A DNA stretch of 64,000 nucleotides from Camelus dromedarius (Eukaryota): contig NC_087436.1 of assembly GCF_036321535.1 (NCBI RefSeq), forward strand, positions 868,001 to 932,000, in the 5' to 3' direction. Below, in pieces: positions 39,001 through 53,300 of the stretch. Every line of letters begins with the position of its first letter. The first letter of the stretch is position 1. A program made the translations under genes and the position numbers. A model generated the notes under the pieces. That model was not told the origin of the DNA and did no database searches. It worked only from the letters and a program-made list of their open reading frames with translations.

Positions 39001-42000
39001 GACGGCTTTCAAACACACTTATCTTTCAGAACTGAGCAATTGGAGAGACGTTCGTTCATCTAGCACCAAGGGAATGGGTTGCAGGAGACACTTTTTCTCT
39101 GCTTCCTCAGTCTGTTTCCTAGTGCCGGTTTGAAGTTCCTGCAGTTATCACTGTCAAACCGATTTGGAGCTAGTACCTCCCCATATATATGTATGGAATG
39201 GAGTTTGCAACTGAAAAGAAACTTTGTGTTCCCAACAAGCTAGGTGAAGTACGGCTTTCACACACACTTATCTCTCAGAACAGAGCAAGTGGAGAGACGT
39301 TCGTTCATCTATCACCAAGGGAACGGGTTGCAGGAGACACTTTTTCTCTGTTTTCTCAGTCTGTTTCCTAGTGCCGGTTTGAAGTTCCTGCAGTTTTCAC
39401 TGTCAAACCGAGTTGGAGCTAGTACCTCAACATATATATGTATGGAATTGAGTTGGCAACTGAAAAGAAACTTTGTGTTCATAACAAGCTAGGTGAAGGA
39501 CGGCTTTCACACACACTGATCTCTCAGAACTGAGCAAGTGGAGAGACGTTCTTTCATGTAGCACCAAGGGAACGGGTTGCAGGAGACACTTTTTCTCTGC
39601 TTCCTCAGTCTGTTTCCTAGTGCCGGTTAGAAGTTCCTGCAGTTTTCACTGTAAAACCGAGTTGGAGCTTGTACCTCCCCATATATATGTATGGAATGGA
39701 GTTTGCAACTGAAAAGAAACTTTGTGTTCCCAACAAGCTAGGTGAAGGACGGCTTTCACACACACTTATCTCTCAGAACTGAGCAAGTGGAGAGACGTTC
39801 GTTCATCTAGCACCAAGGGAACGGGTTGCAGGAGACACTTTTTCTCTGCTTTCTCAGTCTATTTCCTAGTGCCGGTTAGAAGTTCCTGCAGTTTTCACTG
39901 TCAAACCGAGTTGGAGCTAGTACTTCCCCATATATATGTATGGAATGGAGTTTGCAACTGAAAAGAAACTTTGTGTTCCCAACAAGCTAGGTGAAGTACG
40001 GCTTTCACACACACTTATCTCTCAGAACTGAGCAAGTGGAGAGACGTTCGTTCATCTAGCACCAAGGGAACGGGTTGCAGGGGACACTTTTTCTCTGCTT
40101 CCTCAGTCTGTTTCCTAGTGCCGGTTTGAAGTTCCTGCAGTTTTCACTGTAAAACCGAGTTGGAGCTTCTACCTCCCCATATATATGTATGGAATGGAGT
40201 TTGCAACTCAAAAGAAACTTTGTGTTCCCAACAAGCTAGGTGAATGACGGCTTTCACACACACTTATCTCTCAGAACTGAGCAAGTGGAGAGACGTTCGT
40301 TCATCTAGCACCAAGGGAACGGGTTGCAGGAGACACTTTTTCTCTGCTTTCTCAGTCTGTTTCCTAGTGCCGGATTGAAGTTCCTGCAGTTTTCACTGTC
40401 AAACCGCGTTGGAGCTAGTACCTCCCCATATATATGTATGGAATGGAGTTTGCAACTGAAAAGAAACTTTGTGTTCCCAACAAGCTAGGTGAAGGGCGGC
40501 TTTCACACACACTTATCTCTCAGAACTGAGCAAGTGGAGAGACGTTCGTTCATCTAGCACGAAGGGAACGGGTTGCGGGAGACACTTTTTCTCTGCTTTC
40601 TCAGTCTGTTTCCTAGGGCCGGTTTGAAGTTCCTGCAGTTTTCACTGTAAAACCGAGTTGGAGCTTCTACCTCCCCATATATATGTATGGAATGGAGTTT
40701 GCAACTGAAAAGAAACTTTGTGTTCCCAACAAGCTATGTGAAGGACGGCTTTCACACACATTTATCTCTCAGAACTGAGCAAGTGGAGAGACGTTCGTTC
40801 ATGTAACACAAAGGGAACGGGTTGCAGGAGACACTTTTTCTCTGCTTTCTCAGTCTGTTTCCTAGTGCCGCTTTGAAGTTCCTGCAGTTTTCACTGTCAA
40901 ACCGAGTTGGAGCTAGTACCTCCCCATATATATGTATGGAATGGAGTTTGCAACTGAAAAGAAACTTTGTGTTCCCAACAAGCTAGGTGAAGGACGGCTT
41001 TCACACACACTTATCTCTCAGAACTGAGCAAGTGGAGAGACGTTCATTCATGTAGCACAAAGGGAACGGGTTGCAGGAGACACTTTTTCTCTGCTTTCTC
41101 AGTCTGTTTCCTAGTGCCGGTTTGAAGTTCCTGCAGTTTTCACTCTCAAACCGAGTTGGAGCTAGTACCTCCCCATATATATGTATGGAATTGAGTTGGC
41201 AACTGAAAAGAAACTTTGTGTTCCCAACAAGCAAGGTGAAGGACGGCTTTCACACACACTTATCTCTCAGAACTGAGCAAGTGGAGAGACGTTCTTTCAT
41301 GTAGCTCCAATGGAACGGGTTGCAGGAGACACTTTTTCTCTGCTTCCTCAGTCTGTTTCCTAGTGCCGGTTTGAAGTTCCTGCAGTTTTCACTGTAAAAC
41401 CGAGTTGGAGCTTGTACCTCCCCATATATATGTATGGAATGGAGTTTGCAACTGAAAAGAAACTTTGTGTTCCCAACAAGCTAGGTGAAGGACGGCTTTC
41501 ACACGCACATATCTCTCAGAACTGAGCAAGTGGAGAGATGTTCGTTCATCTAGCACCAAGGGAACGGGTTCCAGGAGACACTTTTTCCCTGTTTTCTAAG
41601 TCTGTTTCCTAGTGCCGGTTTGAAGTTCCTGCAGTTTTCATTGTCAAACCGATTTGGAGCTAGTATCTCCCCATATATAAGTATGGAATGGAGTTTACAA
41701 CTGAAAAGAAACTTTGTGTTCCCAACAAGCTTGGTGAAGTGCGGCTTTCACACACACTTATCTCTCAGAACTGAGCAAGTGGAGAGACGTTCGTTCATCC
41801 AGCACCAAGGGAACGGGTTGCAGGAGACACTTTTTCTCTGCTTTCTCAGTCTGTTTCCTAGTGCCGGTTTGAAGTTCCTGCAGTTATCACTGTAAAACCG
41901 AGTTGGAGCTTGTACCTCCCCATATATATGTATGGAATGGAGTTTGCAACTGAAAAGAAACTTTGTGTTCCCAACAATCTAGGTGAAGGGCGGCTTTCAC

Positions 42001-45000
42001 ACACACTTATCTCTCAGAACTGAGCAAGTGGAGAGACGTTCGTTCATCTAGCACCAAGGGAACGGGTTGCAGGAGACACTTTTTCTCTGTTTTCTCAGTC
42101 TGTTTCCTAGTGCCGGTTTGATGTTCCTGCAGTTTTCACTGTGAAACCGATTTGGAGCTTCTACTTCCCCATATATATGTATGGAATGGAGTTTGCAACT
42201 GAAAAGAAACTTTGTGTTCCCAACAAGCAAGGTGAAGGACGGCTTTCAAACACACTTATCTTTCAGAACTGAGCAAGTGGAGAGACGTTCGTTCATCTAG
42301 CACCAAGGGAACGGGTTGCAGGAGACACTTTTTCTCTGCTTCCTCAGTCTGTTTCCTAGTGCCGGTTTGAAGTTCCTGCAGTTATCACTGTCAAACCGAT
42401 TTGGAGCTAGTACCTCCCCATATATATGTATGGAATGGAGTTTGCAACTGAAAAGAAACTTTGTGTTCCCAACAAGCTAGGTGAAGTACGGCTTTCACAC
42501 ACACTTATCTCTCAGAACTGAGCAAGTGGAGAGACGTTCGTTCATCTAGCACCAAGGGAACGGGCTGCAGGAGACACTTTTTCTCTGCTTCCTCAGTCTG
42601 TTTTCTAGTGCCGGTTTGAAGTTCCTGCAGTTTTCACTGTAAAACCGAGTTGGAGCTTGTACCTCCCCATATATATGTATGGAATGGAGTTTGCAACTGA
42701 AAAGAAACTTTGTGTTCCCAACAAGCTAGGTGAAGGACGGCTTTCAAACACACTTATCTCTCAGAACTGAGCAAGTGGAGAGACGTTCGTTCATCTAGCA
42801 CCAAGGGAACGGGTTGCAGGGGACACTTTTTCTCTGCTTCCTCAGTCTGTTTCCTAGTGCCTTTTTGAAGTTCCTGCAGTTTTCACTGTAAAACCGAGTT
42901 GGAGCTTCTACCTCCCCATATATATGTATGGAATGGAGTTTGCAACTCAAAAGAAACTTTGTGTTCCCAACAAGCTAGGTGAATGACGGCTTTCACACAC
43001 ACTTATCTCTCAGAACTGAGCAAGTGGAGAGACGTTCGTTCATCTAGCACCAAGGGAACGGGTTGCAGGAGACACTTTTTCTCTGCTTTCTCAGTCTGTT
43101 TCCTAGTGCCGGATTGAAGTTCCTGCAGTTTTCACTGTCAAACCGCGTTGGAGCTAGTACCTCCCCATATATATGTATGGAATGGAGTTTGCAACTGAAA
43201 AGAAACTTTGTGTTCCCAACAAGCTAGGTGAAGGGCGGCTTTCACACACACTTATCTCTCAGAACTGAGCAAGTGGAGAGACGTTCGTTCATCTAGCACC
43301 AAGGGAACGGGTTGCGGGAGACACTTTTTCTCTGCTTTCTCAGTCTGTTTCCTAGGGCCGGTTTGAAGTTCCTGCAGTTTTCACTGTAAAACCGAGTTGG
43401 AGCTTCTACCTCCCCATATATATGTATGGAATGGAGTTTGCAACTGAAAAGAAACTTTGTGTTCCCAACAAGCTATGTTAAGGACGGCTTTCACACACAT
43501 TTATCTCTCAGAACTGAGCAAGTGGAGAGACGTTCGTTCATGTAACACAAAGGGAGCGGGTTGCAGGAGACACTTTTTCTCTGCTTTCTCAGTCTGTTTC
43601 CTAGTGCCGCTTTGAAGTTCCTGCAGTTTTCACTGTAAAACCGAGTTGGAGCTAGTACCTCCCCATATATATGTATGGAATGGAGTTTGCAACTGAAAAG
43701 AAACTTTGTGTTCCCAACAAGCTAGGTGAAGGACGGCTTTCACACACACTTATCTCTCAGAACTGAGCAAGTGGAGAGACGTTCATTCATGTAGCACAAA
43801 GGGAACGGGTTGCAGGAGACACTTTTTCTCTGCTTTCTCAGTCTGTTTCCTAGTGCCGGTTTGAAGTTCCTGCAGTTTTCACTCTCAAACCGAGTTGGAG
43901 CTAGTACCTCCCCATATATATGTATGGAATTGAGTTGGCAACTGAAAAGAAACTTTGTGTTCCCAACAAGCAAAGTGAAGGACGGCTTTCACACACACTT
44001 ATCTCTCAGAACTGAGCAAGTGGAGAGACGTTCGTTCATCTAACACCAAGGGAACGGGTTGCAGGAGACACTTTTTCTCTGCTTCCTCAGTCTTTTTCCT
44101 AGTGCCGGTTTGAAGTTCCTGCAGTTTTCACTGTAAAACCGAGTTGGAGCTTCTACCTCCCCATATATATGTATGGAATGGAGTTTACAACTGAAAAGAA
44201 ACTTTGTGTTCCCAACAAGCTAGGTGAAGGACGGCTTTCACACACACTTATCTCTCAGAACAGAGCAAGTGGAGAGACGTTCGTTCATCTAGCACCAAGG
44301 GAACGGGTTGCAGGAGACACTTTTTCTATGCTTCCTCAGTCTGTTTCCTAGTGCCGGTTTGAAGTTCCTGCAGTTTTCACTGTAAAACCGAGTTGGAGCT
44401 TCTACCTCCCCATATATATGTATGGAATGGAGTTTGCAACTGAAAAGAAACTTTGTGTTCCCAACAAGCTAGGTGAAGGACGGCTTTCACACACACTTAT
44501 CTCTCAGAACAGAGCAATTGGAGAGACGTTCGTTCATCTAGCACCAAGGGAACGGGTTGCAGGAGACACTTTTTCTCTGCTTTCTCAGTCTGTTTCCTAG
44601 TGCCGGTTTGAAGTTCCTGCAGTTTTCACTGTCAACCCGAGTTGGAGCTAGTACCTCCCCATATATATGTATGGAATGGAGTTTGCAACTGAAAAGAAAC
44701 TTTGTGTTCCCAACAAGCTAGGTGAAGGACGGCTTTCACACGCACATATCTCTCAGAACTGAGCAAGTGGAGAGATGTTCGTTCATCTAGCACCAAGGGA
44801 ACGGGTTGCAGGAGACACTTTTTCCCTGCTTTCTAAGTCTGTTTCCTAGTGCCGGTTTGAAGTTCCTGCAGTTTTCATTGTCAAACCGATTTGGAGCTAG
44901 TATCTCCCCATATATAAGTATGGAATGGAGTTTACAACTGAAAAGAAACTTTGTGTTCCCTACAAGCTTGGTGAAGTGCGGCTTTCACACACACTTATCT

Positions 45001-45720
45001 CTCAGAACTGAGCAAGTGGAGAGACGTTCGTTCATCCAGCACCAAGGGAACGGGTTGCAGGAGACACTTTTTCTCTGCTTTCTCAGTCTGTTTCCTAGTG
45101 CCGGTTTGAAGTTCCTGCAGTTATCACTGTAAAACCGAGTTGGAGCTTGTACCTCCCCATATATATGTATGGAATGGAGTTTGCAACTGAAAAGAAACTT
45201 TGTGTTCCCAACAATCTAGGTGAAGGGCGGCTTTCACACACACTTATCTCTCAGAACTGAGCAAGTGGAGAGACGTTCGTTCATCTAGCACCAAGGGAAC
45301 GGGTTGCAGGAGACACTTTTTCTCTGTTTTCTCAGTCTGTTTCCTAGTGCCGGTTTGATGTTCCTGCAGTTTTCACTGTGAAACCGATTTGGAGCTTCTA
45401 CTTCCCCATATATATGTATGGAATGGAGTTTGCAACTGAAAAGAAACTTTGTGTTCCCAACAAGCAAGGTGAAGGACGGCTTTCAAACACACTTATCTTT
45501 CAGAACTGAGCAAGTGGAGAGACGTTCGTTCATCTAGCACCAAGGGAACGGGTTGCAGGAGACACTTTTTCTCTGCTTCCTCAGTCTGTTTCCTAGTGCC
45601 GGTTTGAAGTTCCTGCAGTTATCACTGTCAAACCGATTTGGAGCTAGTACCTCCCCATATATATGTATGGAATGGAGTTTGCAACTGAAAAGAAACTTTG
45701 TGTTCCCAACAAGCTAGGTG
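36020..45720. repeat. 13-monomer higher-order repeat, period 3237 bp: two near-identical copies plus a third, compositionally variant copy
   Basis: ORF offsets 36007->39244, 37834->41071 and 38811->42048->45285 are all 3237. However 41071->43810 is 2739 (11 monomers), so the third copy differs in internal monomer content. Confidence 0.87.
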
Positions 45721-47399
45721 AAGGACGGCTTTCACACACACTTATCTCTCAAAACTGAGCAAGTGGAGAGACGTTCGTTCATCTAGAACCAAGGGAACGG
45801 GTTGCAGGAGACACTTTTCTCTGCTTTCTCAGTCTGTTTCCTAGTGCCGGTTTGAAGTTCCTGCAGTTTTCACTGTGAAACCGAGTTGGAGCTTCTACCT
45901 CCCCATATATATGTATGGAATGGAGTTTGCAACTGAAAAGAAACTTTGTGTTCCCAACAAGCAAGGTGAAGTACGGCTTTCACACACACTTATCTCCTAG
46001 AACTGACTAAGTGGAGAGACGTTCGTTCATCTAGCACCAAGGGAACGGGTTGCAGGAGACACTTTTTCTCTGCTTTCTCAGTCTGTTTCCTAGTGCCGGT
46101 TTGATGTTCCTGCAGTTTTCACTGTAAAACCGTGTTGGAGCTTGTACCTCCCCATATATATGTATGGAATGGAGTTTGCAACTGAAAAGAAAATTTGTGT
46201 TCCCAACAAGCTAGGTGAAGGACGGCTTTAACACACACTTATCTCTCAGAACTGAGCAAGTGGAGAGACGTTCGTTCATCTAGCACCAAGGGAACGGGTT
46301 GCAGGAGACACTTTTTCTCTGCTTTCTCAGTCTGTTTCCTAGTGCCGGTTTGAAGTTCCTGCAGTTTTCACTGTAAAACAGAGTTGGAGCTTCTACCTCC
46401 CCATATATATGCATGGAATGGAGTTTGCAACTTAAAAGAAACTTTGTGTTCCCAACAAGCTAGGTGAAGGACGGCTTTCACACGCACTTATCTATCAGAA
46501 CTGAGCAAGTGGAGAGACGTTCGTTCATCTAGCACCAAGGGAACGGGTTGCAGGAGACACTTTTTCTCTGCTTTCTCAGTCTGTTTCCTAGTGCCGGTTT
46601 GAAGTTCCTGCAGTTTTCACTGTAAAACCGAGTTGGAGTTTCTACCTCCCCATATATATGTATGGAATGGAGTTTGCAACTGAAAAGAAACTTTGTGTTC
46701 CCAACAAGCTAGGTGAAATACGGCTTTCACACACTCTTATCTCTCAGAACTGAGCAAGTGGAGAGACGTTCGTTCATCTAGCACCAAGGGAACGGGTTGC
46801 AGGAGACACTTTTTCTCTGCTTTCTCAGTCTGTTTCCTAGTGCCGGTTTGAAGTTCCTGCAGTTTTCACTGTCAAACCGAGTTGGAGCTTGTACCTCCCC
46901 ATATATATGTATGGAATGGAGTTTGCAACTGAAAAGAAACTTTGTGTTCCCAACAAGCTAGGTGAAGGATGGCTTTCACACACACTTATCTCTCAGAACA
47001 GAGCAAGTGGAGAGACGTTCGTTCATCTAGCACCAAGGGAACGGGTTGCAGGAGACACTTTTTCTCTGCTTTCTCAGTCTGTTTCCTAGTGCCGGTTTGA
47101 AGTTCCTGCAGTTTTCACTGTGAAACCGAGTTGGAGCTCGTACCTCCCCATATATATGTATGGAATGGAGTTTGGAACTGAAAAGAAACTTTGTGTTCCC
47201 AACAAGCTAGTTGAAGATCGGCTTTCACACGCACATATTTCTCAGAACTGAGCAAGTGGAGAGACGTTCGTTCATGTAGCACCAAGGGAACGGGTTGCAG
47301 GAGACACTTTTTCTCTGCTTTCTCAGTCTGTTTCCTAGTGCCGGTTTGAAGTTCCTGCAGTTTTCACTGTGAAACCGAGTTGGAGCTAGTACCTCCCCA

Positions 47400-50300
47400 T
47401 ATATATGTATGGAATGGAGTTTGAAACTGAAAAGAAACTTTGTGTTCCCAAAAAGCTAGGTGAAGGACGGCTTTCACACGCACTTATCTCTCAGAACTGA
47501 GCAAGTGGAGAGACGTTCGTTCATCTAACACCAAGGGAACGGGTTGCAGGAGACACTTTTTCTCTGCTTTCTCAGTCTGTTTCCTAGTGCCGGTTTGAAG
47601 TTCCTGCCGTTTTCACTGTAAAACCGAGTTGGAGCTTCTACCTCCCCATATATATGTATGGAATGGAGTTTGCAACTGAAAAGAAACTTTGTGTTCCCAA
47701 CAAGCTAGGTGAAGGACGGCTTTCACACGCACTTATCTATCAGAACTGAGCTAGTGGAGAGACGTTCGTTCATCTAGCACCAAGGGAACGGGTTGAAGGA
47801 GACACTTTTTCTCTGCTTTCTCAGTCTGTTTCCTAGTGCCGGTTTGAAGTTCCTGCAGTTTTCACTGTAAAACCGAGTTGGAGTTTCTACCTCCCCATAT
47901 ATATGTATGGAATGGAGTTTGCAACTGAAAAGAAACTTTGTGTTCCCAAAAAGCTAGGTGAAGGACGGCTTTCACACACTCTTATCTCTCAGAACTGAGC
48001 AAGTGGAGAGACGTTCGTTCATCTAGCACCAAGGGAACGGGTTGCAGGAGACACTTTTTCTCTGCTTTCTCAGTCTGTTTCCTAGTGCCGGTTTGAAGTT
48101 CCTGCAGTTTTCACTGTAAAACCGAGTTGGAGCTTCTACCTCCCCATATATATGTATGGAATGGAGTTTGCAACTGAAAAGAAACTTTGTGTTCCCAACA
48201 AGCTAGGTGAAGGACGGCTCTCACACACACTTATCTCTCAGAACAGAGCAAGTGGAGAGACGTTCGTTCATCTAGCACCAAGGGAACGGGTTGCAGGAGA
48301 CACTTTTTCTCTGCTTTCTCAGTCTGTTTCCTAGTGCCGGTTTGAAGTTCCTGCAGTTTTCACTGTAAAACCGAGTTGCAGCTAGTACGACCCCATATAT
48401 ATGTATGGAATGGAGTTTGCAACTGAAAAGATACTTTGTGTTCCCAACAAGCTAGGTGAAGGACGGCTTTCACACACACTTATCTCTCAGAACTGAGCAA
48501 GTGGAGAGACGTTCGTTCATCTAGCACCAAGGGAACGGGTTGCAGGAGACACTTTTTCTCTGCTTTCTCAGTCTGTTACCTAGTGACGGTTTGAATTTCC
48601 TTCAGATTTCACTGTAAAACCGAGTTGGAGCTGGTACATCCCCATATATATGTATGGAATGGAGTTTGCAACTGAAAAGAAACTTTGTGTTCCCAACAAG
48701 CTAGGTGAAGGACGGCTTTCACACACACTTATCTCTCCGAACTGAGCAAGTGGAGAGACGTTCGTTCATCTAGCACCAAGGGAACGGGTTGCAGGAGACA
48801 CTTTTTCTCTGCTTTCTCAGTCTGTTTCCTAGTGCCGGTTTGAAATTCCTGCAGTTTTCACTGTAAAACCGAGTTGGAGCTAGTACCTCCCCATATATAT
48901 GTATGGAATGGAGTTTGCAACTGAAAAGAAACTTTGTGTTCCCAACAAGCTAGGTGAAATACGGCTTTCACACACTCTTATCTCTCAGAACTGAGCAAGT
49001 GGAGAGACGTTCGTTCATCTAGCACCAAGGGAACGGGTTGCAGGAGACACTTTTTCTCTGCTTTCTCAGTCTGTTTCCTAGTGCCGGTTTGAAGTTCCTG
49101 CAGTTTTCACTGTCAAACCGAGTTGGAGCTTGTACCTCCCCATATATATGTATGGAATGGAGTTTGCAACTGAAAAGAAACTTTGTGTTCCCAACAAGCT
49201 AGGTGAAGGACGGCTTTCACACGCACATATCTCTCAGAACTGAGCAAGTGGAGAGATGTTCGTTCATCTAGCACCAAGGGAACGCGTTGCAGGAGACACT
49301 TTTTCTCTGCTTTCTCAGTCTGTTTCCTAGTGCCGGTTTGAAGTTCCTGCAGTTTTCACTGTCAAACCGAGTTGGAGCTAGTACCTCCCCATATATATGT
49401 ATGGAATGGAGTTTGAAACTGAAAAGAAACTTTGTGTTCCCAAAAAGCTAGGTGAAGGACGGCTTTCACACGCACTTATCTCTCAGAACTGAGCAAGTGG
49501 AGAGACGTTCGTTCATCTAACACCAAGGGAACGGGTTGCAGGAGACACTTTTTCTCTGCTTTCTCAGTCTGTTTCCTAGTGCCGGTTTGAAGTTCCTGCC
49601 GTTTTCACTGTAAAACCGAGTTGGAGCTTCTACCTCCCCATATATATGTATGGAATGGAGTTTGCAACTGAAAAGAAACTTTGTGTTCCCAACAAGCTAG
49701 GTGAAGGACGGCTTTCACACGCACTTATCTATCAGAACTGAGCTAGTGGAGAGACGTTCGTTCATCTAGCACCAAGGGAACGGGTTGCAGGAGACACTTT
49801 TTCTCTGCTTTCTCAGTCTGTTTCCTAGTGCCGGTTTGAAGTTCCTGCAGTTTTCACTGTAAAACCGAGTTGGAGTTTCTACCTCCCCATATATATGTAT
49901 GGAATGGAGTTTGCAACTGAAAAGAAACTTTGTGTTCCCAACAAGTTAGGTGAAGGACGGCTTTCACACACTCTTATCTCTCAGAACTGAGCAAGTGGAG
50001 AGACGTTCGTTCATCTAGCACCAAGGGAACGGGTTGCAGGAGATACTTTTTCTCTGCTTTCTCAGTCTGTTTCCTAGTGCCGGTTTGAAGTTCCTGCAGT
50101 TTTCACTGTCAAACCGAGTTGGAGCTTGTACCTCCCCATATATATGTATGGAATGGAGTTTGCAACTGAAAAGAAACTTTGTGTTCCCAACAAGCTAGGT
50201 GAAGGACGGCTCTCACACACACTTATCTCTCAGAACAGAGCAAGTGGAGAGACGTTCGTTCATCTAGCACCAAGGGAACGGGTTGCAGGAGACACTTTTT

Positions 50301-53300
50301 CTCTGCTTTCTCAGTCTGTTTCCTAGTGCCGGTTTGAAGTTCCTGCAGTTTTCACTGTAAAACCGAGTTGCAGCTAGTACCTCCCCATATATATGTATGG
50401 AATGGAGTTTGCAACTGAAAAGATACTTTGTGTTCCCAACAAGCTAGGTGAAGGACGGCTTTCACACACACTTATCTCTCAGAACTGAGCAAGTGGAGAG
50501 ACGTTCGTTCATCTAGCACCAAGGGAACGGGTTGCAGGAGACACTTTTTCTCTGCTTTCTCAGTCTGTTACCTAGTGACGGTTTGAATTTCCTTCAGATT
50601 TCACTGTAAAACCGAGTTGGAGCTGGTACATCCCCATATATATGTATGGAATGGAGTTTGCAACTGAAAAGAAACTTTGTGTTTTCAACAAGCTAGGTGA
50701 AGGACGGCTTTCACACACACTTATCTCTCCGAACTGAGCAAGTGGAGAGACGTTCGTTCATCTAGCACCAAGGGAACGGGTTGCAGGAGACACTTTTTAT
50801 CTGCTTTCTCAGTCTGTTTCCTAGTGCCGGTTTGAAGTTCCTGCAGTTTTCACTGTCAAACCGAGTTGGAGCTAGTACCTCCCCATATATATGTATGGAA
50901 TGGAGTTTGCAACTGAAAAGAAACTTTGTGTTCCCAACAAGCTAGGTGAAATACGGCTTTCACACACTCTTATCTATCAGAACTGAGCACGTGGAGAGAC
51001 GTTCGTTCATCTAGCACCAAGGGAACGGGTTGCAGGAGACACTTTTTCTCTGCTTTCTCAGTCTGTTTCCTAGTGCCGGTTTGAAGTTCCTGCAGTTTTC
51101 ACTGTCAAACCGAGTTGGAGCTTGTACCTCCCCATATATATGTATGGAATGGAGTTTGCAACTGAAAAGAAACTTTGTGTTCCCAACAAGCTAGGTGAAG
51201 GACGGCTTTCACACGCACATATCTCTCAGAACTGAGCAAGTGGAGAGATGTTCGTTCATCTAGCACCAAGGGAACGGGTTGCAGGAGACACTTTTTCTCT
51301 GCTTTCTCAGTCTGTTTCCTAGTGCCGGTTTGAAGTTCCTGCAGTTTTCACTGTCAAACCGAGTTGGAGCTAGTACCTCCCCATATATATGTATGGAATG
51401 GAGTTTGAAACTGAAAAGAAACTTTGTGTTCCCAAAAAGCTAGGTGAAGGACGGCTTTCACACGCACTTATCTCTCAGAACTGAGCAAGTGGAGAGACGT
51501 TCGTTCATCTAACACCAAGGGAACGGGTTGCAGGAGACACTTTTTCTCTGCTTTCTCAGTCTGTTTCCTAGTGCCGGTTTGAAGTTCCTGCCGTTTTCAC
51601 TGTAAAACCGAGTTGGAGCTTCTACCTCCCCATATATATGTATGGAATGGAGTTTGCAACTGAAAAGAAACTTTGTGTTCCCAACAAGCTAGGTGAAGGA
51701 CGGCTTTCACACGCACTTATCTATCAGAACTGAGCTAGTGGAGAGACGTTCGTTCATCTAGCACCAAGGGAACGGGTTGCAGGAGACACTTTTTCTCTGC
51801 TTTCTCAGTCTGTTTCCTAGTGCCGGTTTGAAGTTCCTGCAGTTTTCACTGTAAAACCGAGTTGGAGTTTCTACCTCCCCATATATATGTATGGAATGGA
51901 GTTTGCAACTGAAAAGAAACTTTGTGTTCCCAACAAGTTAGGTGAAGGACGGCTTTCACACACTCTTATCTCTCAGAACTGAGCAAGTGGAGAGACGTTC
52001 GTTCATCTAGCACCAAGGGAACGGGTTGCAGGAAACACTTTTTCTCTGCTTTCTCAGTCTGTTTCCTAGTGCCGGTTTGAAGTTCCTGCAGTTTTCACTG
52101 TCAAACCGAGTTGGAGCTTGTACCTCCCCATATATATGTATGGAATGGAGTTTGCAACTGAAAAGAAACTTTGTGTTCCCAACAAGCTAGGTGAAGGACG
52201 GCTCTCACACACACTTATCTCTCAGAACAGAGCAAGTGGAGAGACGTTCGTTCATCTAGCACCAAGGGAACGGGTTGCAGGAGACACTTTTTCTCTGCTT
52301 TCTCAGTCTGTTTCCTAGTGCCGGTTTGAAGTTCCTGCAGTTTTCACTGTAAAACCGAGTTGGAGCTAGTACCTCCCCATATATATGTATGGAATGGAGT
52401 TTGCAACTGAAAAGATACTTTGTGTTCCCAACAAGCTAGGTGAAGGACGGCTTTCACACACACTTATCTCTCAGAACTGAGCAAGTGGAGAGACGTTCGT
52501 TCATCTAGCACCAAGGGAACGGGTTGCAGGAGACACTTTTTCTCTGCTTTCTCAGTCTGTTACCTAGTGACGGTTTGAATTTCCTTCAGATTTCACTGTA
52601 AAACCGAGTTGGAGCTGGTACATCCCCATATATAAGTATGGAATGGAGTTTGCAACTGAAAAGAAACTTTGTGTTCCCAACAAGCTAGGTGAAGGACGGC
52701 TTTCACACACACTTATCTCTCCGAACTGAGCAAGTGGAGAGACGTTCGTTCATCTAGCACCAAGGGAACGGGTTGCAGGAGACACTTTTTCTCTGCTTTC
52801 TCAGTCTGTTTCCTAGTGCCGGTTTGAAGTTCCTGCAGTTTTCACTGTAAAACCGAGTTGGAGCTAGTACCTCCCCATATATATGTATGGAATGGAGTTT
52901 GCAACTGAAAAGAAACTTTGTGTTCCCAACAAGCTAGGTGAAATACGGCTTTCACACACTCTTATCTCTCAGAACTGAGCAAGTGGAGAGACGTTCGTTC
53001 ATCTAGCACCAAGGGAACGGGTTGCAGGAGACACTTTTTCTCTGCTTTCTCAGTCTGTTTCCTAGTGCCGGTTTGAAGTTCCTGCAGTTTTCACTGTCAA
53101 ACCGATTTGGAGCTTGTACCTCCCCATATATATGTATGGAATGGAGTTTGCAACTGAAAAGAAACTTTGTGTTCCCAACAAGCTAGGTGAAGGACGGCTT
53201 TCACACGCACATATCTCTCAGAACTGAGCAAGTGGAGAGATGTTCGTTCATCTAGCACCAAGGGAACGGGTTGCAGGAGACACTTTTTCTCTGCTTTCTC

